A stretch of DNA of 64,000 bases from contig NIVC01001199.1 of NCBI GenBank assembly GCA_002269645.1, forward strand, positions 186,001-250,000, written 5' to 3'. The position numbers were made by a program, and so were the translations under genes. Of this stretch, positions 44,823 through 56,585 are shown piece after piece. The DNA comes from Macrostomum lignano (taxonomy: Eukaryota). The stretch's first letter is position 1. Every line of letters starts with the position of its first letter. A model generated the notes under the pieces. It was not told the origin of the DNA, searched no databases, and saw nothing but the letters and a program-made list of their open reading frames with translations.

Positions 44823-46946
44823 TCAGACCTCGGCCGGGGGGCAGAACTCGCCAGGCTGGCTGAAGCCGTCCGCCCCTGCCACCCGGCCGCATCGGAGAAC
44901 TCGCATCAGCTGCATCTCTTCGCCGAGGCCGGCGGCGCTGTCGTCTTCCTCGGCGTCGTCAGCGTCCATCATGGCGATGTCAGCTGGCTGCTGGCGCGGC
45001 TGGTCGTTGTGCTTTGCCGCTCCGCCGCCGCCTCCAGAGGCTGCCGCGGTGGCGGCGGCGGCGGCTGCTGCAGCGGCTGCCACAAATGCCGACGTGGCCG
45101 CCAAGCCGCCGCCGTTTTGCCGTCGCCGCCGCCGCTCCTCCAACCGATCGCGACGACTCAGATGAAGCGTCACGCCTTGGACGCACTTGACTACGAAGGT
45201 AACGAAGAAGTCGAACAGTTCAACGAAGGTCACGAGAGACATTCCGGCCCACAGGCCGAAGATGCCGCCGAGTTCAGAGAGCACTTCGACCAGGGTGTAG
45301 GACGGCGACTCGCGCATCATGGTGCCCTTCGAATTCTCGGCGTACACGTGCACCTTGACGAAGTTCTCGCGCACAAAGCGTAGGCTGATGTTCCACGGAC
45401 TGCGCGCGCTGCCGCCGCCGGCGTCGCTGTCAGCCAGAATCAGGTCGAGCAGCCCGAGCTCGCCCAACCGCCTGCCGCCTGGCCGCTGGCCGCCGGACAC
45501 GATGAAGGTGTGCACGAAGGCCTCCAGGTCGGATGGCGACGGCCAGGGCACCCCGGCGCTTGCGTAGCTGAACTCGTCGCGCTGGCAGGCCTGCAGCCGG
45601 GAGCACTCGGCCACGAAACTGTCGGACATTTTCGTCCGCACGGCGCCTTCAACCCGGTTGAACCGCTGCAGCTGGGCCGCCTTCCAGCCGCTGTAGTTCC
45701 GCCGCCCGGTTCCGCCGTCGGCCACCCGGTGGCACAGGTTGCTCCGGTTGCCGGTGGGCAGGAAGGTGGACTCGCAGGAGCAGTCCGCCCGCAGCCGCGC
45801 CTGCCACAGTTGAACCACGCAATCCTTCAGGCGCCGCTTGAACACCCGGCGAGTGTCCGGCTCGGACACCCAGTAGGACACCCGGCCGTAGTCCTCAACG
45901 CAGCGGTGCCTGCTGCGGTTCACGTACAGATTGCGGGTCATTCGAAACCGGATGTCCGAGCTCCAGCCGTTGCCAACGTCGACGCCCTCCCAGTACAGGT
46001 GCGGGTAGGTGTCCGGCTCGTGCAGCAGGACTCGAACCCCGTTGGACGTCTGCATGCCGGCCTTGCCGAACACGGTGCCCAGCTGCTCCAGCACCGTCCG
46101 GTTCACCCTGGGCGGGTAGATCACGTGATAGTCGCCGGTCGCCGACACCTGGTCCCTCGGCATGCTGCTGGTGTACAAGATCACGTCTAGCCCGTCGCCC
46201 GGCCCGTTGCCCTGGACGCTGCGGTCCTTCGGCCGGAAGCTCCAACAGTTCCAGTGGTGCGAGCTCTGCACCAGATGGAAATCTGTCCACTTGCAGCGCG
46301 CCTTTTTGTAGAGACAGCCGACCAGGCCCAGGCTGAGGTTGTAGCCCAGCTGAGCTGTGGGCCGGCTGGCCCAGTAGTGCTGCAGGAACTGGTACCAGTT
46401 GAAGTAGTCGTGCGAGCTGAACAAGTCGGCCAGCTTTCTGGGCCGGCCGGAGTACTGCTTGGCGTAGATCGGCCTCAGCCTGGCCAGCAGGTCGGCCATG
46501 CCAGCCTCGGCTTCAGCTCTGGCTGGCGTGTTGTAGTGCATCAGGGCGGCGGGCATCGGGCGCAGGTTGCAGACGGTCACATCCGGGAACAGAGTGTCCA
46601 CGCCCTGATTGAGTATCAGAGTGTTCACAGGCGTCGTGTTGAACTGCTTGACGGTGAGGTAGGCGTGCAGGCAGCCGGCAGCTGTGGTGAGGCAGGCCAG
46701 AGCCAGCCAGAACAGCCGCCTGCTGTAGCTGTCCGCTCTGAACAGCTGCGCCACCGCGTGCATGCTGGTGTGGTCGGCGAACCGGCCGACGTACATGAAA
46801 GCGCCGCGCATGGTGGCTCGGGGGCCTTCGCTGGCCGAGCTGGTGGCGGAGCCTCCTTGACGAGTGCCGGCCAGGTTGGCCACGCCTCGAGACCGGGCCA
46901 GTAGGGCGGCTGCAGCTGCGGCCAGCTGTCGGTCTCTGCCGTGCAT
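44823..46946 (-). CDS. DEG/ENaC (ASIC/degenerin/amiloride-sensitive sodium channel family) subunit, intronless, up to 707 aa
   Basis: FADHTSMHA pre-TM1 segment, TM1 RRLFWLAL, FPDVTVCNL, NCWSF, GVRVLLH, cysteine-rich thumb, and TM2 signature YTLVEVLSELGGIFGLWAGMSLVTFVELF. An alternative start at MRGAF is possible. Confidence 0.93.
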   Translation of the reverse strand: MHGRDRQLAAAAAALLARSRGVANLAGTRQGGSATSSASEGPRATMRGAFMYVGRFADHTSMHAVAQLFRADSYSRRLFWLALACLTTAAGCLHAYLTVKQFNTTPVNTLILNQGVDTLFPDVTVCNLRPMPAALMHYNTPARAEAEAGMADLLARLRPIYAKQYSGRPRKLADLFSSHDYFNWYQFLQHYWASRPTAQLGYNLSLGLVGCLYKKARCKWTDFHLVQSSHHWNCWSFRPKDRSVQGNGPGDGLDVILYTSSMPRDQVSATGDYHVIYPPRVNRTVLEQLGTVFGKAGMQTSNGVRVLLHEPDTYPHLYWEGVDVGNGWSSDIRFRMTRNLYVNRSRHRCVEDYGRVSYWVSEPDTRRVFKRRLKDCVVQLWQARLRADCSCESTFLPTGNRSNLCHRVADGGTGRRNYSGWKAAQLQRFNRVEGAVRTKMSDSFVAECSRLQACQRDEFSYASAGVPWPSPSDLEAFVHTFIVSGGQRPGGRRLGELGLLDLILADSDAGGGSARSPWNISLRFVRENFVKVHVYAENSKGTMMRESPSYTLVEVLSELGGIFGLWAGMSLVTFVELFDFFVTFVVKCVQGVTLHLSRRDRLEERRRRRQNGGGLAATSAFVAAAAAAAAAATAAASGGGGGAAKHNDQPRQQPADIAMMDADDAEEDDSAAGLGEEMQLMRVLRCGRVAGADGFSQPGEFCPPAEV

Positions 46947-47969
46947 GGCGAGTTCGCTGAGTCCGTTCCATACGCCAGCGCCTTGCGGCTCCTGTCGTGT
47001 TGATAAGAATCTCTTCGGCTTCTCAATTCAGTCGGCCTGCTCGAGCTCTCATTGGATGACAACTGGCTCTTAGCGACTGATGTCTGGGTTGGGATTTCTA
47101 CTAGACTCTAGACTCTAGATTCTGGTCAGGGTTAGGGATGATTGGTCAGGGTTAGGGTAAGAAGTTATCGTTAAACCATGGCTCAATGTGGAGTTACTGA
47201 GATGCCTCTGATCAATGCGGAATGCTAAGATGCAAAGGTTCGCAGGATGCCGATATGTTGAGTCAGCATGCTTTATATCAGGGTCGGTGCTTTTCTGCTT
47301 AATATGTCTTAATTTCTAAGAAACTAACAGCAGTATCTGTACAAGACTTCCTGCTGGTAGAGTGTTTTCTTTCTTTGTTGGCCTCCCACAGCGGGTAAAA
47401 GTTGCAAACTGACGGTCAGGTTGTTTGCCATTGAATTATAAATATTCTATTTTCAGTTATGGCCCACAAAATTCAGTCAGCTGAGAGAGTATTTCTTGCA
47501 AGCTAATTAAAAAAATTGAACTTTTAGCGGTCGAATGAAATAGGCATATTTCACATATTCGGGTTAAACTGGATTTATCCGCCGCACTCCTGAACAACAT
47601 TTAGTAGTAGAAATTTTGATAATCTGGCGTTAATCCAGATTAAATATTGTCATTCCTCTCTGAAGCCACTAGCTGCTTTCCTTGACAAAACTGGTTTCTG
47701 TTATTGCTTCACCGAAACTCTGATAGAATCTGCTGGCTTCTCACGACCCTCTGGATAAACTGGTTTGGCAATGTTTAACGAAAAGAGCTGCTTGCCATTT
47801 TACAGTGTGTATTTATATATATATATATATATATAGCTCGTACACAGTCCTCTCTGCCCAATTCCCGAGATTTTGGGTGCTTGCGAACTTGAACTGAGGT
47901 AAGACTTCTCTCTGTTTCTCTTTTTTGTTTTGGTTCCGTAGAATAGGATCGTGGCCTCAGATACTCGAG

Positions 47970-48310
47970 GCCACACCCTCATGTTAGTGAGGTCACACCC
48001 TCCTGTTAGTGAGGCCACACCCTCCTGTTGGTGAGGCCACACCCTCCTGTTAGTGAGGCCACACCCTCCTGTTAGTGAGGCCACACCCTCCTGTTAGTGA
48101 GGCCACACTCTCCTGTTAGTGAGGCCACACCCTCCTGTTAGTGAGGCCACACCCTCCTGTTAGTGAGGACACACCCTCCTGTTAGTGAGGCCACACCCTC
48201 CTGTTAGTGAGGACATACCCTCCTGTTAGTGAGGCCACACCCTCCTGTTAGTGAGGACACACCCTCCTGTTAGTGAGGCCACACCCTCCTGTTAGTGAGG
48301 CCACACCCTC
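47970..48310. repeat. 22-bp minisatellite (GAGGCCACACCCTCCTGTTAGT)
   Basis: Directly visible. It may lie in a 5'-UTR intron of PRODH2 (donor GAG|GTAAGA at 47898/47899; AG at 48521-48522). Confidence 0.93.
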
Positions 48311-48526
48311 TCTTTATTTGGGGTTACACCCTCATACGAGCTAGACTCAGGACAGCATTCCCAGACACTCAGGACAGTATTTCCAGACATTCAGGACTAC
48401 ATTCTCAGAGATCCCCGATCACACACTCAGACCAAAGACCACAAAATGAGCCGATGCTCACACAACTACACTCACGTATCGCCGACCGCATTCCAATTCA
48501 AGATCTCGCCTGACTGAAGCAGTCGG

Positions 48527-51500
48527 ATGTTGCTACGCGGTCTTCCAAAATTTGCTCTCCAACGACTGGTCTTCGCTCGTCCGCTCTGCGTTGGAATCGA
48601 ACCCAGGACCGATGCTGGACAGCTACCTATAACCGGAATTGTAACCGGAAGTGGACCAGCTGGCATCGGCGCAACCGGAAGTACGATTGGAACTAAAATT
48701 TTGAACGAACCACCCAATGACGTCATATTCACCGCAATCGAAAGTAGAAAATGCCTTTCAATGGGCACGAAAAGTACATCTAACAGCAATGTCAGAGACG
48801 CCAAAAGTGACATCAACTTTCTGGATTATCGGGCGGTGCAGGCCAGCAAGACTAGAGCAGAGTTAATCCGCGCCTTAGCCGTCCTGCACTTGTGCTCAAT
48901 CGATCTGTTCGTAAGCCGGGCGCTTCTGTGGATGCGCCTGGGCCGGCGCCTGCTGGGCCAACGCTGCTTCGACGCCCTGATGAGGCGCAGCTTCTTCGGT
49001 CAGTTTGTAGGCGGCGCCACTGAAGCTGAGCTGCGCCAGACAGCCGAGGCGCAACGGCGCCAAGGACTCCGGCCGATGATCGCCGTGCCAATGGAGGAGC
49101 CGATGAGAAAACTTTCAGATGAGGAGTTGACGCGCCTGTACGAAGAGAACACAGCCAAGCAGGTGAAAATTGGTGGGTGTCGGGAGTGAGGTGGGTGTCG
49201 GGAGTGAGGTGGGTGTCGGGAGTGAGGTGGATGTCGGGAGTGAGGTGGGTGTCGGGAGTGAGGTGGATGTCGGGAGTGAGGTGGATGTTGGGAGTGAGGT
49301 GGATGTTGGGAGTGAGGTGGGTGTTGGGAGTGAGGTGGGTGTCAGGAGTGAGGTGGATGTCAGGAGTGAGGTGGATGTCAGGAGTGAGGTGGATGTCAGG
49401 AGTGAGGTGGGTGTCGGGAGTGAGGGTGATGTCGGGAGTGAGGTGGGTGTCAGTAGCGGTGGGTGTCGGGAGTGAGGGTGATGTCGGGAGTGAGGTGGGT
49501 GTCAGTAGCGGTGGGTGTTAGGAGTGAGGTGGATGTCGGAGTGAGGTGGGTGTCGGGAGTGAGGGTGATGTCGGGAGTGAGGTGGGTGTCAGTAGCGGTG
49601 GGTGTTAGGAGTGAGGTGGATGTCGGAGTGAGGTGGGTGTCGGGAGTGAGGTGGATGTCGGGAGTGAGGTGGGTGTCGGGAGTGAGGTGGATGTCAGGAG
49701 TGAGGTGGGTGTTGGGAGTGAGGTGGGTGTTGGGAGTGAGGTGGGTGTCAGGAGTGAGGTGGATGTCAGGAGTGAGGTGGATGTCAGGAGTGAGGTGGAT
49801 ATCAGGAGTGAGGTGGATGTCAGGAGTGAGGTGGATGTCAGGAGTGAGGTGGATGTCAGGAGTGAGGTGGGTGTCGGGAGTGAGGTGGATGTCGGGAGTG
49901 AGGTGGATGTCGGGAGTGAGGTGGATGTCGGGAGTGAGGGTGGGTCGAGATTCTTTTTAAAGCGTACAATCTAAAATTCATAAACTTCTATTATCTGTGG
50001 AATATTTTCTCAAAAATGGGGTCAGAGTGCTCCCGTGGTCAGTGGCTTGTACTTTTACAAGAGTTGCCCAACATTCTTCCAGACCGCATTTTCTCTTTAT
50101 TTCTTGTTCTCTTATCAGCTGGCTAAGGAGCGTGACAGGCTAAGATCGCTAAGATCGATGACTGCGATAATTTAGCAAGCCAGTAATTGCGATTCGTGAA
50201 TTATCCTAGCCAGTGAAGGGCTTATTAGGTTAAGCCAGCAAATTTATCTATATCCTAATTCAAATCAGCTCGTGGCACATTTTCAGTCATAATATAATTA
50301 TGTGATAATAATCCTATAAGGAAAGGAGGGACAAGTGAAGTGCATTCATAATATTTGATCACGCAGTCCTTATCGCTTTCCCAGTCACAATATCTGACTC
50401 ACAGTCACATCATCACATCACGGTCCTATTATAACACTCCAGTCACACTATCATACTAATAGTTACATTGTCCTACTCAAAGTCACACCAATACCACTCA
50501 CAGACACACCACTACATTCACAGACACAATATTACACTCACAGACACACCATTACACTTACAGACACACCATTACATTCACAGACACAACATTACACTCA
50601 CAGACACAACATTACACTCACAGACACAACATTACACTCACAGACACAACATTACACTCACAGACACAACATTACACTCACAGACACAACATTACACTCA
50701 CAGACACAACATTACACTCACAGACACAACATTACACTCACAGACACACCATTACATTCACAGACACACCATTACATTCACAGACACACCATTACATTCA
50801 CAGACACACCACTACATTCACAGACATAACATTACACTCACAGACACACTATCATAGTTACACGATCACACGATTGCATTTTTCAATTACACTAACGTCA
50901 CACGATCACACTCACAGTCACAAGATCACGATCACACCGGACCCCCACAGGTGCGGGCCGTGAAACTGTCGGCCCAGCTGAACAGCAACCGGCCGAAGAT
51001 GCAGCTGAAGCTGACCTCTCTGATGCCGACGTCGCTGCTTCAGAAGCTGGCTACACTGCACGGCGATCTGGCAGCGGCCGACGCCGCCTCCGAGGTGCTG
51101 TCGCAGCTACTTCAGCTGGCGGTTCCTGACACGCCGTGCTCCACAAAGTCCCGACAGCAGCAGCAGGATCTGCTTCGCCGGCTCCTACCAGCCGCCTCGG
51201 ACGCCGGTCGCCTCTCCGACCAGCTTCTAGCCGCAGTCGTTCGAACTCGTCGAGTTTTCGACGCGGCCAAACGACATTCCGTGCAGATTTTGATCGATGC
51301 CGAGTACAGCCATATTAATCCTGGGATTTCGCTGTTTTATCTGGCTCTGGCCACGGTGTACAATGCCGAGGATTATTGCATGGTGTTTAACACCTACCAG
51401 TGCTATCTAAGAGACACCATCGACACCTACAACTGGCACATGGATCTTCTTCTGTCGACTAGTCGGCGCGGCGTTAGAGCCGGCGCAAAAATTGTTCGTG

Positions 51501-52440
51501 GAGCCTATTTGCACTGGGAGAACGGTCAAGGAGCCGAGATCAACGGGGTTAGTGATATGCCAATTACATTGGAGACTTGCCTGCGACAGCTTGTCTATGG
51601 CCCAATTTGATCCTCTGACACAGGCTGTCTGTGGCCCAATCCGATCCCCGACACCGGTTTTCTATGGGCCAATCCGATTCCTCGACATCGGTTGTCTATG
51701 GCCTAATCTGATCCCCTGACTCAGGTTGTCTATGGCCCAATCCGATCCCCGACAGCGGTTGTCTATGGCCCAATATGATCCGTCTATGGCCCAATCTGAT
51801 CCTCTGACTCAGGTTATCTATGGCCCAATCCGATCCCCGACACCGGTTTTGTATGGCCCAATCTGATTCCTCGACACCGGTTGTCTATGATCCAATCCGA
51901 TCTTGACACCGGTTGTCTATGGCCCAATCCGATCCCCGACAGCGGTTGTCTATGACCCAATCCGATCTTGACACCGGTTGTTAATGGCCCACTCCCTGCA
52001 GCAGTTACTATAATCTCAAACTGCAGGGTCGCAGTCGAGTCTGGAGCAGCCTCGAAGAGACTAACTGTTCGTACAACCGAGCAGTCTCAATCGCCCTAGA
52101 TCGCATAGTAACCGAGGGCGGCAACTCCAGCCGTCACGAGGTGATCCTGGCAACGCAGAATTCGAACAGCATCAGCCTGTGCTTGGACGGCATGCGTAGG
52201 CGTTGCATATCGCCAGAAAGCGGCGCTGTGTCGTTCGGTCAACTGTACGGCATGGCAGACTACATCTCGGTTCCGCTAGCCCAGTCTGGTTTCCAGGTGT
52301 ACAAGTCCATTCCGTACGGCAGCGTGGACGAAACTCTGCTGTATTTGGTGCGCAGGGCCAACGAGAACAAGCTCATATTCGATGGGGTGCGGGAGGAGAA
52401 ATCTGTGCTGAGAGCCGCGCTGCGGGCTGGTCGGGCTTAG
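48527..52440 (+). CDS. PRODH2: Mitochondrial proline/hydroxyproline dehydrogenase, PRODH2-like; 3 coding exons, ~548 aa
   Basis: Exons 48527-49162, 50951-51547, 52027-52440 (both introns phase 0, GT-AG). Arg-rich N-terminal targeting-like peptide. Motifs GQFVGG, LRPMIAVPMEE, QLKLTSL, IDAEY, NTYQCYL, GAKIVRGAY, FGQLYGMAD, VYKSIPYG, YLVRRANEN. Confidence 0.9.
49175..49940. repeat. 18-bp intronic minisatellite (GTGGGTGTCGGGAGTGAG)
   Basis: Starts ~12 nt after the exon 1 donor. Confidence 0.95.
50480..50850. repeat. 20-bp intronic minisatellite (ATTACACTCACAGACACAAC)
   Basis: Directly visible. Confidence 0.93.
51585..51990. repeat. ~33-bp degenerate intronic minisatellite (GGTTGTCTATGGCCCAATCCGATCCCCGACACC)
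   Basis: Fills most of PRODH2 intron 2. Confidence 0.88.
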
Positions 52441-52484
52441 GTGGGTGGGTGACGACTTCACAGGCGTTGATGCCGAGTTTAGGG

Positions 52485-53042
52485 TAGATGAGTTCAGGGG
52501 AGATGAGTTCAGGGGAGATGAGTTCAGGGAGATGAGTTCAGGGAAGCTGAGTTCAGGGGAACTGATTTCAGGGAGATGAGTTCAGGGGAGATGAGTTCAG
52601 GGGAGATGAGTTCAGGGGAGATGAGTTCAGGGGAGATGAGTTCAGGGAAGCTGAGTTCAGGGGAGATGAGTTCAGGTGAGATGAGTTCAGGTGAGATGAG
52701 TTCAGGTGAGATGAGTTCAGGGGAGATGAGTTCAGGGGAGATGAGTTCAGGGGAGATGAGTTCAGGGGAGCTGAGTTCAGGGGAGATGAGTTCAGGGAGA
52801 TGAGTTCAGGGGAACTGAGTTCCGGGAGATGAGTTCAGGTGAGATGAGTTCAGGGGAGATGAGTTCAGGGGAACTGAGTTCAGGGAGATGAGTTCAGGGG
52901 AGATGAGTTCAGGGGAGATGAGTTCAGGGGAGATGAGTTCAGGGGAGATGAGTTCAGGGGGATGAGTTCAAAAGAGATGAGTTCAGGGGAGATGAGTTCA
53001 GGGGAGATGAGTTCAAAAGAGATGAGTTCAGGGGAAATGAGC
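52485..53042. repeat. 15-bp minisatellite (GAGTTCAGGGGAGAT) just 3' of the PRODH2 stop
   Basis: Directly visible. Confidence 0.95.
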
Positions 53043-53439
53043 TTTATGTTAAAAAACGGGTTTGATAAAAAAGAACCACAAGAGTTATATAGTAATTACA
53101 AGTAAACAATATGATTTGGCAACTCACAGGTTGATTCAATATGTGTGCAAAATTAACTAATGGCGCCTTCACTTGTATTTTATTCGACATTATTGCACAG
53201 AAATGTAAAATTGGACACCAAAAATTTCTTAACTAAAAAGCTTGTTAAACATTTTAAAACTTTTCTTTGATTACATAAATAGCTTTTGATCGTTGCTTTC
53301 TTGCGTCAAGCTTTTACTGTCACAATTTTATGCTCGGCGTCCCAATAAAATCCTAAATATATTACTCAAAGACTACCTTTCTCGATTATTAATTACTTTC
53401 ATACTCATACTTTCTCCTACGACAAGCCTATCAGCTAAG

Positions 53440-53938
53440 CTTCTGACCAGCTTGACCCACTCAGACCCTGACCAGCTTGACCCACTCAGACCCTGACCAG
53501 CTTGACCCACTCAGACCCTGACCAGCTTGACTCACTCACACCCTGACCAGCTTGACCCACTCACATCCTGATCAGCTTTACCCACTCAGCTCAGCTCCTG
53601 ACCAGCTTGACTCACTCAGCTCCTGACCAGCTCGACTCACTCACACACTGACCAGCTTGACCCACTCACACCCTGACCAGCTTGACCCACTCACACTCTG
53701 ACCAGCTTGACCCTCTCAGACCCTGACCAGCTTCACCCACTCAGACCCTGACCAGCTTGACCCACTCAGCCCCTGACCAGCTTGAACCACTCAGACCCTG
53801 ACCAGCTTGACCCCTCAGACCCTGACCAGCTTAACCCACTCAGCCCCTGACCAGCTTGACCCACTCAGCTCCTGACCAGCTTGACCCACTAAGACCCTGA
53901 CCAGCTTGACCCACTCAGACCCTGACCAGCTTGACCCA
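53440..53938. repeat. 24-25 bp minisatellite (CTGACCAGCTTGACCCACTCAGAC) continuous with the lectin-1 C-terminus
   Basis: The first minus-strand unit encodes WVKLVRV-stop. Confidence 0.93.
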
Positions 53939-54679
53939 GTCCGGGCTGCTCTCGATTTCCGGGTCGACCGGAGCGTCAGCGAACTGCAGCAGGCGGCAGG
54001 CGGCCAGCCGGCTGTTGTACAGAGCGCTGCGGCACCTGCTGCCACACAGGGAGGCTCTGACCAGGCAGGCATGCAGCGAGGCCACTGGCTGCAGCTCATC
54101 GTAGCAGCAGTACGTGTCGCTTCGGGTTCTCGTGAACTCAGCCGGAGTCCAGTAGCCAGCCGACTTGGTGGCGGCAGGCGGCTTCATAAACTGGCAGACG
54201 AAGCCAAGTGAATCGTTGCAGGTCCTGTCTCCGAGCCGAGTCTGGCCGCTAGGGTATAAAAACCGGAGGCAGTGCGCTCCAGGGCTTCCATTTGGCTCCG
54301 TCGGGTGCCACAGTGAATCGTCTATTGGAAAACTGCCGCCACCGCTGACCCTCTGCCAGCCGGACCTGTTGGTGTTGGCCTCGGACGCCAGGTCGTTGAG
54401 TCCAGTCCACATGTCAGTTGAGTAGCCGAGAGTCTGCAGGTTCACAGAAGCCAAGGCAGCGATGGACTCAGGCGAGTTGATGAGCTCGCCGCCCAGCTCA
54501 GAGCACACTCGGTTGGCGGAGCACCAGCTGTAGCTCTGGTTGGGCTGGATGAAGAGGCACAGCTGGGCGGCCGAGTACAGCTGGAACGGGGCCGGACAGG
54601 GGACGGTCTCGGACTGTCCGAGGCTGACACACAGCAGCAGAGCCGCTGCCAGAGCAGAGCAGCCGACATGAAGCTTCAT
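53915..54679 (-). CDS. Secreted C-type lectin domain + PAN/apple-like domain protein, paralog 1 (254 aa, intronless CDS)
   Basis: Signal peptide MKLHVGCSALAAALLLCVSLG. CTLD: CPAPF, SWCSANRVC, MWTGLND, EPN, GFVCQF. C-terminal C..C.SALYN...CRL pattern. TTTTTCAG acceptor 5 nt before the ATG. Confidence 0.88.
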   Translation of the reverse strand: MKLHVGCSALAAALLLCVSLGQSETVPCPAPFQLYSAAQLCLFIQPNQSYSWCSANRVCSELGGELINSPESIAALASVNLQTLGYSTDMWTGLNDLASEANTNRSGWQRVSGGGSFPIDDSLWHPTEPNGSPGAHCLRFLYPSGQTRLGDRTCNDSLGFVCQFMKPPAATKSAGYWTPAEFTRTRSDTYCCYDELQPVASLHACLVRASLCGSRCRSALYNSRLAACRLLQFADAPVDPEIESSPDWVKLVRV

Positions 54680-54755
54680 TTTGCCTGAAAATATTTTTCT
54701 GTGAAATGAAAGCTTTTGGTTGCTGTACGGCGGGTTTTTTAGCTGCTGCTGACTG

Positions 54756-54769
54756 GTTCCCATGGCAAC
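54756..54769. promoter_or_regulatory. RFX X-box (GTTCCCATGGCAAC) upstream of lectin 1
   Basis: 13/14 match to the palindrome GTTGCCATGGCAAC, 77 bp upstream of the ATG. Confidence 0.6.
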
Positions 54770-55544
54770 CAGCCTCCTCATCAAACTTATGACGCCAACT
54801 GTATTATCCGCTTGCGTGCTGGTAGGGCAGGAGTCGGCAGCCTCTCCGCTAACAAGGAAGATTCTCAGAATTTTTCTCTTGCAGTTTCGCCAGCAATGGC
54901 AAACGGGCCTCCACCATTGCTGAGGGACTTCCTCTTCCGAGAAATTTCCAGTCACTTTTTTCTTGCAGCTTCAAATAATTAATGAGAAATTGGTGAAGCT
55001 TTATGACTTGATAGAACCTGCTGCCTCATACCTGTAGTTTGCTAATTGGCTCAGCCTCAATTCCAACCAACCATCTGGCGCAGGGCCCATTGTGCAGGTT
55101 CCCGCGGCTGCTTCTCGAGAAATCTAGCAAATTCCAGCCATAAATCTTCATCATTCAAGAAGCAGTTGCACCAGAAATAATGGGGCACTTCATTGCTTTA
55201 AGTCTTTTTAGTGACTCGAGTAGTCAGGAAAATATTTCCCAGCTGGGAATGTAAGAAAAGCTTCTTTGGCAACCGCAAACCGATTTGGCAACCGATAATA
55301 GAAAGCAACCGCAGTCTACTGGTATTATCAGTTCTCAACATAATTTCCATCTAAATCGGGTCACTTTTGCAGGCGCTGGAACCATGCGTCGAAGCACCCC
55401 TGAAATCAGCTTTGATGAAGCTGTCCAGCTCAGCTTGCAGCGCAACAACCAGCTCCTCCCTCGAGTCGAAGCACTCCCCTTCAGACTTTTCTTCATCCTG
55501 GGAAAGAGGAAAAAGTCAGCAGGCGCCAGGTCCGGTGAATATGC

Positions 55545-56290
55545 CCAGACTGATGACCCAGACTGATGACCCAGACTGATGACCCAGACTGATGACCCAG
55601 ACTGATGACTCAGACTGATGACCCAGACTGATGACCCAGACTGATGACTCAGACTGATGACCCAGACTGATGACCCAGACTGATGACCCAGACTGATGAC
55701 CCAGACTGATGACTCAGACTGATGACTCGGACTGATGACCCAGACTGATGACCCAGACTGATGACCCAGACTGATGACTCGGACTGATGACCCAGACTGA
55801 TGACCCAGACTGATGACCCAGACTGATGACTCAGACTGAAGACCCAGACTGATGACCCAGACTGATGACCCAGACTGATGACCCAGACTGATGACTCGGA
55901 CTGATGACCCAGACTGATGACCCAGACTGATGACCCAGACTGATGACCCAGACTGATGACTCAGACTGATGACCCAGACTGATGACCCAGACTGATGACC
56001 CAGACTGATGACTCAGACTGAAGACCCAGACTGATGACCCAGACTGATGACCCAGACTGATGACTCAGACTGATGACCCAGACTGATGACCCAGACTGAT
56101 GACTCAGACTGATGACCCAGACTGATGACTCAGACTGATGACCCAGACTGATGACTCAGACTGATGACCCAGACTGATGACTCAGACTGATGACCCAGAT
56201 TGATGACCCAGACTGATGACTCAGACTGATGACCCAGACTGATGACTCAGACTGATGACCCAGACTGATGACCCAGACTGATGACTCAGA
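55545..56290. repeat. 12-bp minisatellite (CAGACTGATGAC[C/T])
   Basis: Directly visible. Confidence 0.96.
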
Positions 56291-56585
56291 CGGTCTGTCG
56301 GCAACGCGAGCTCCTGTCTGATTGAAGGCACTGAGACAGGCCATGAGAGCGGACGGGCACTGCCGAGTGCTCAAAAGCCAAGCGATGTCGCTGCACATAC
56401 TTGGGCATCGATAGCAGGCATGGTTTCAGTACGGCTGACCGGGAAGATGCAGCGCTGCGATGAGGATGCCGCAGCAGCCTCATTTGTTGGACTTTTATTT
56501 GCTGGCCTCGAGCCTAAAAGATCGCGTCAGCAGCTGCATGGAACCGAAAAGCGCGAGAACCCAAAGTGGCCAAGGAGCTCGGATA

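Noticed and set aside
45009-46971. Long plus-strand and alternative-frame ORFs overlapping the DEG/ENaC gene
   Set aside because: Typical shadow ORFs of a high-GC3 coding region; no recognisable motifs.
48630-48730. Two AACCGGAAGT (ETS) motifs and a TGACGTCA (CRE) suggesting an internal promoter
   Set aside because: They lie inside the open PRODH2 frame downstream of a plausible mitochondrial targeting peptide; chance occurrence cannot be excluded.
53915-54955. 346-aa version of lectin 1 starting at 54955
   Set aside because: The signal peptide begins at the ATG at 54679, which is preceded by a splice acceptor and an X-box; the extension looks non-coding.
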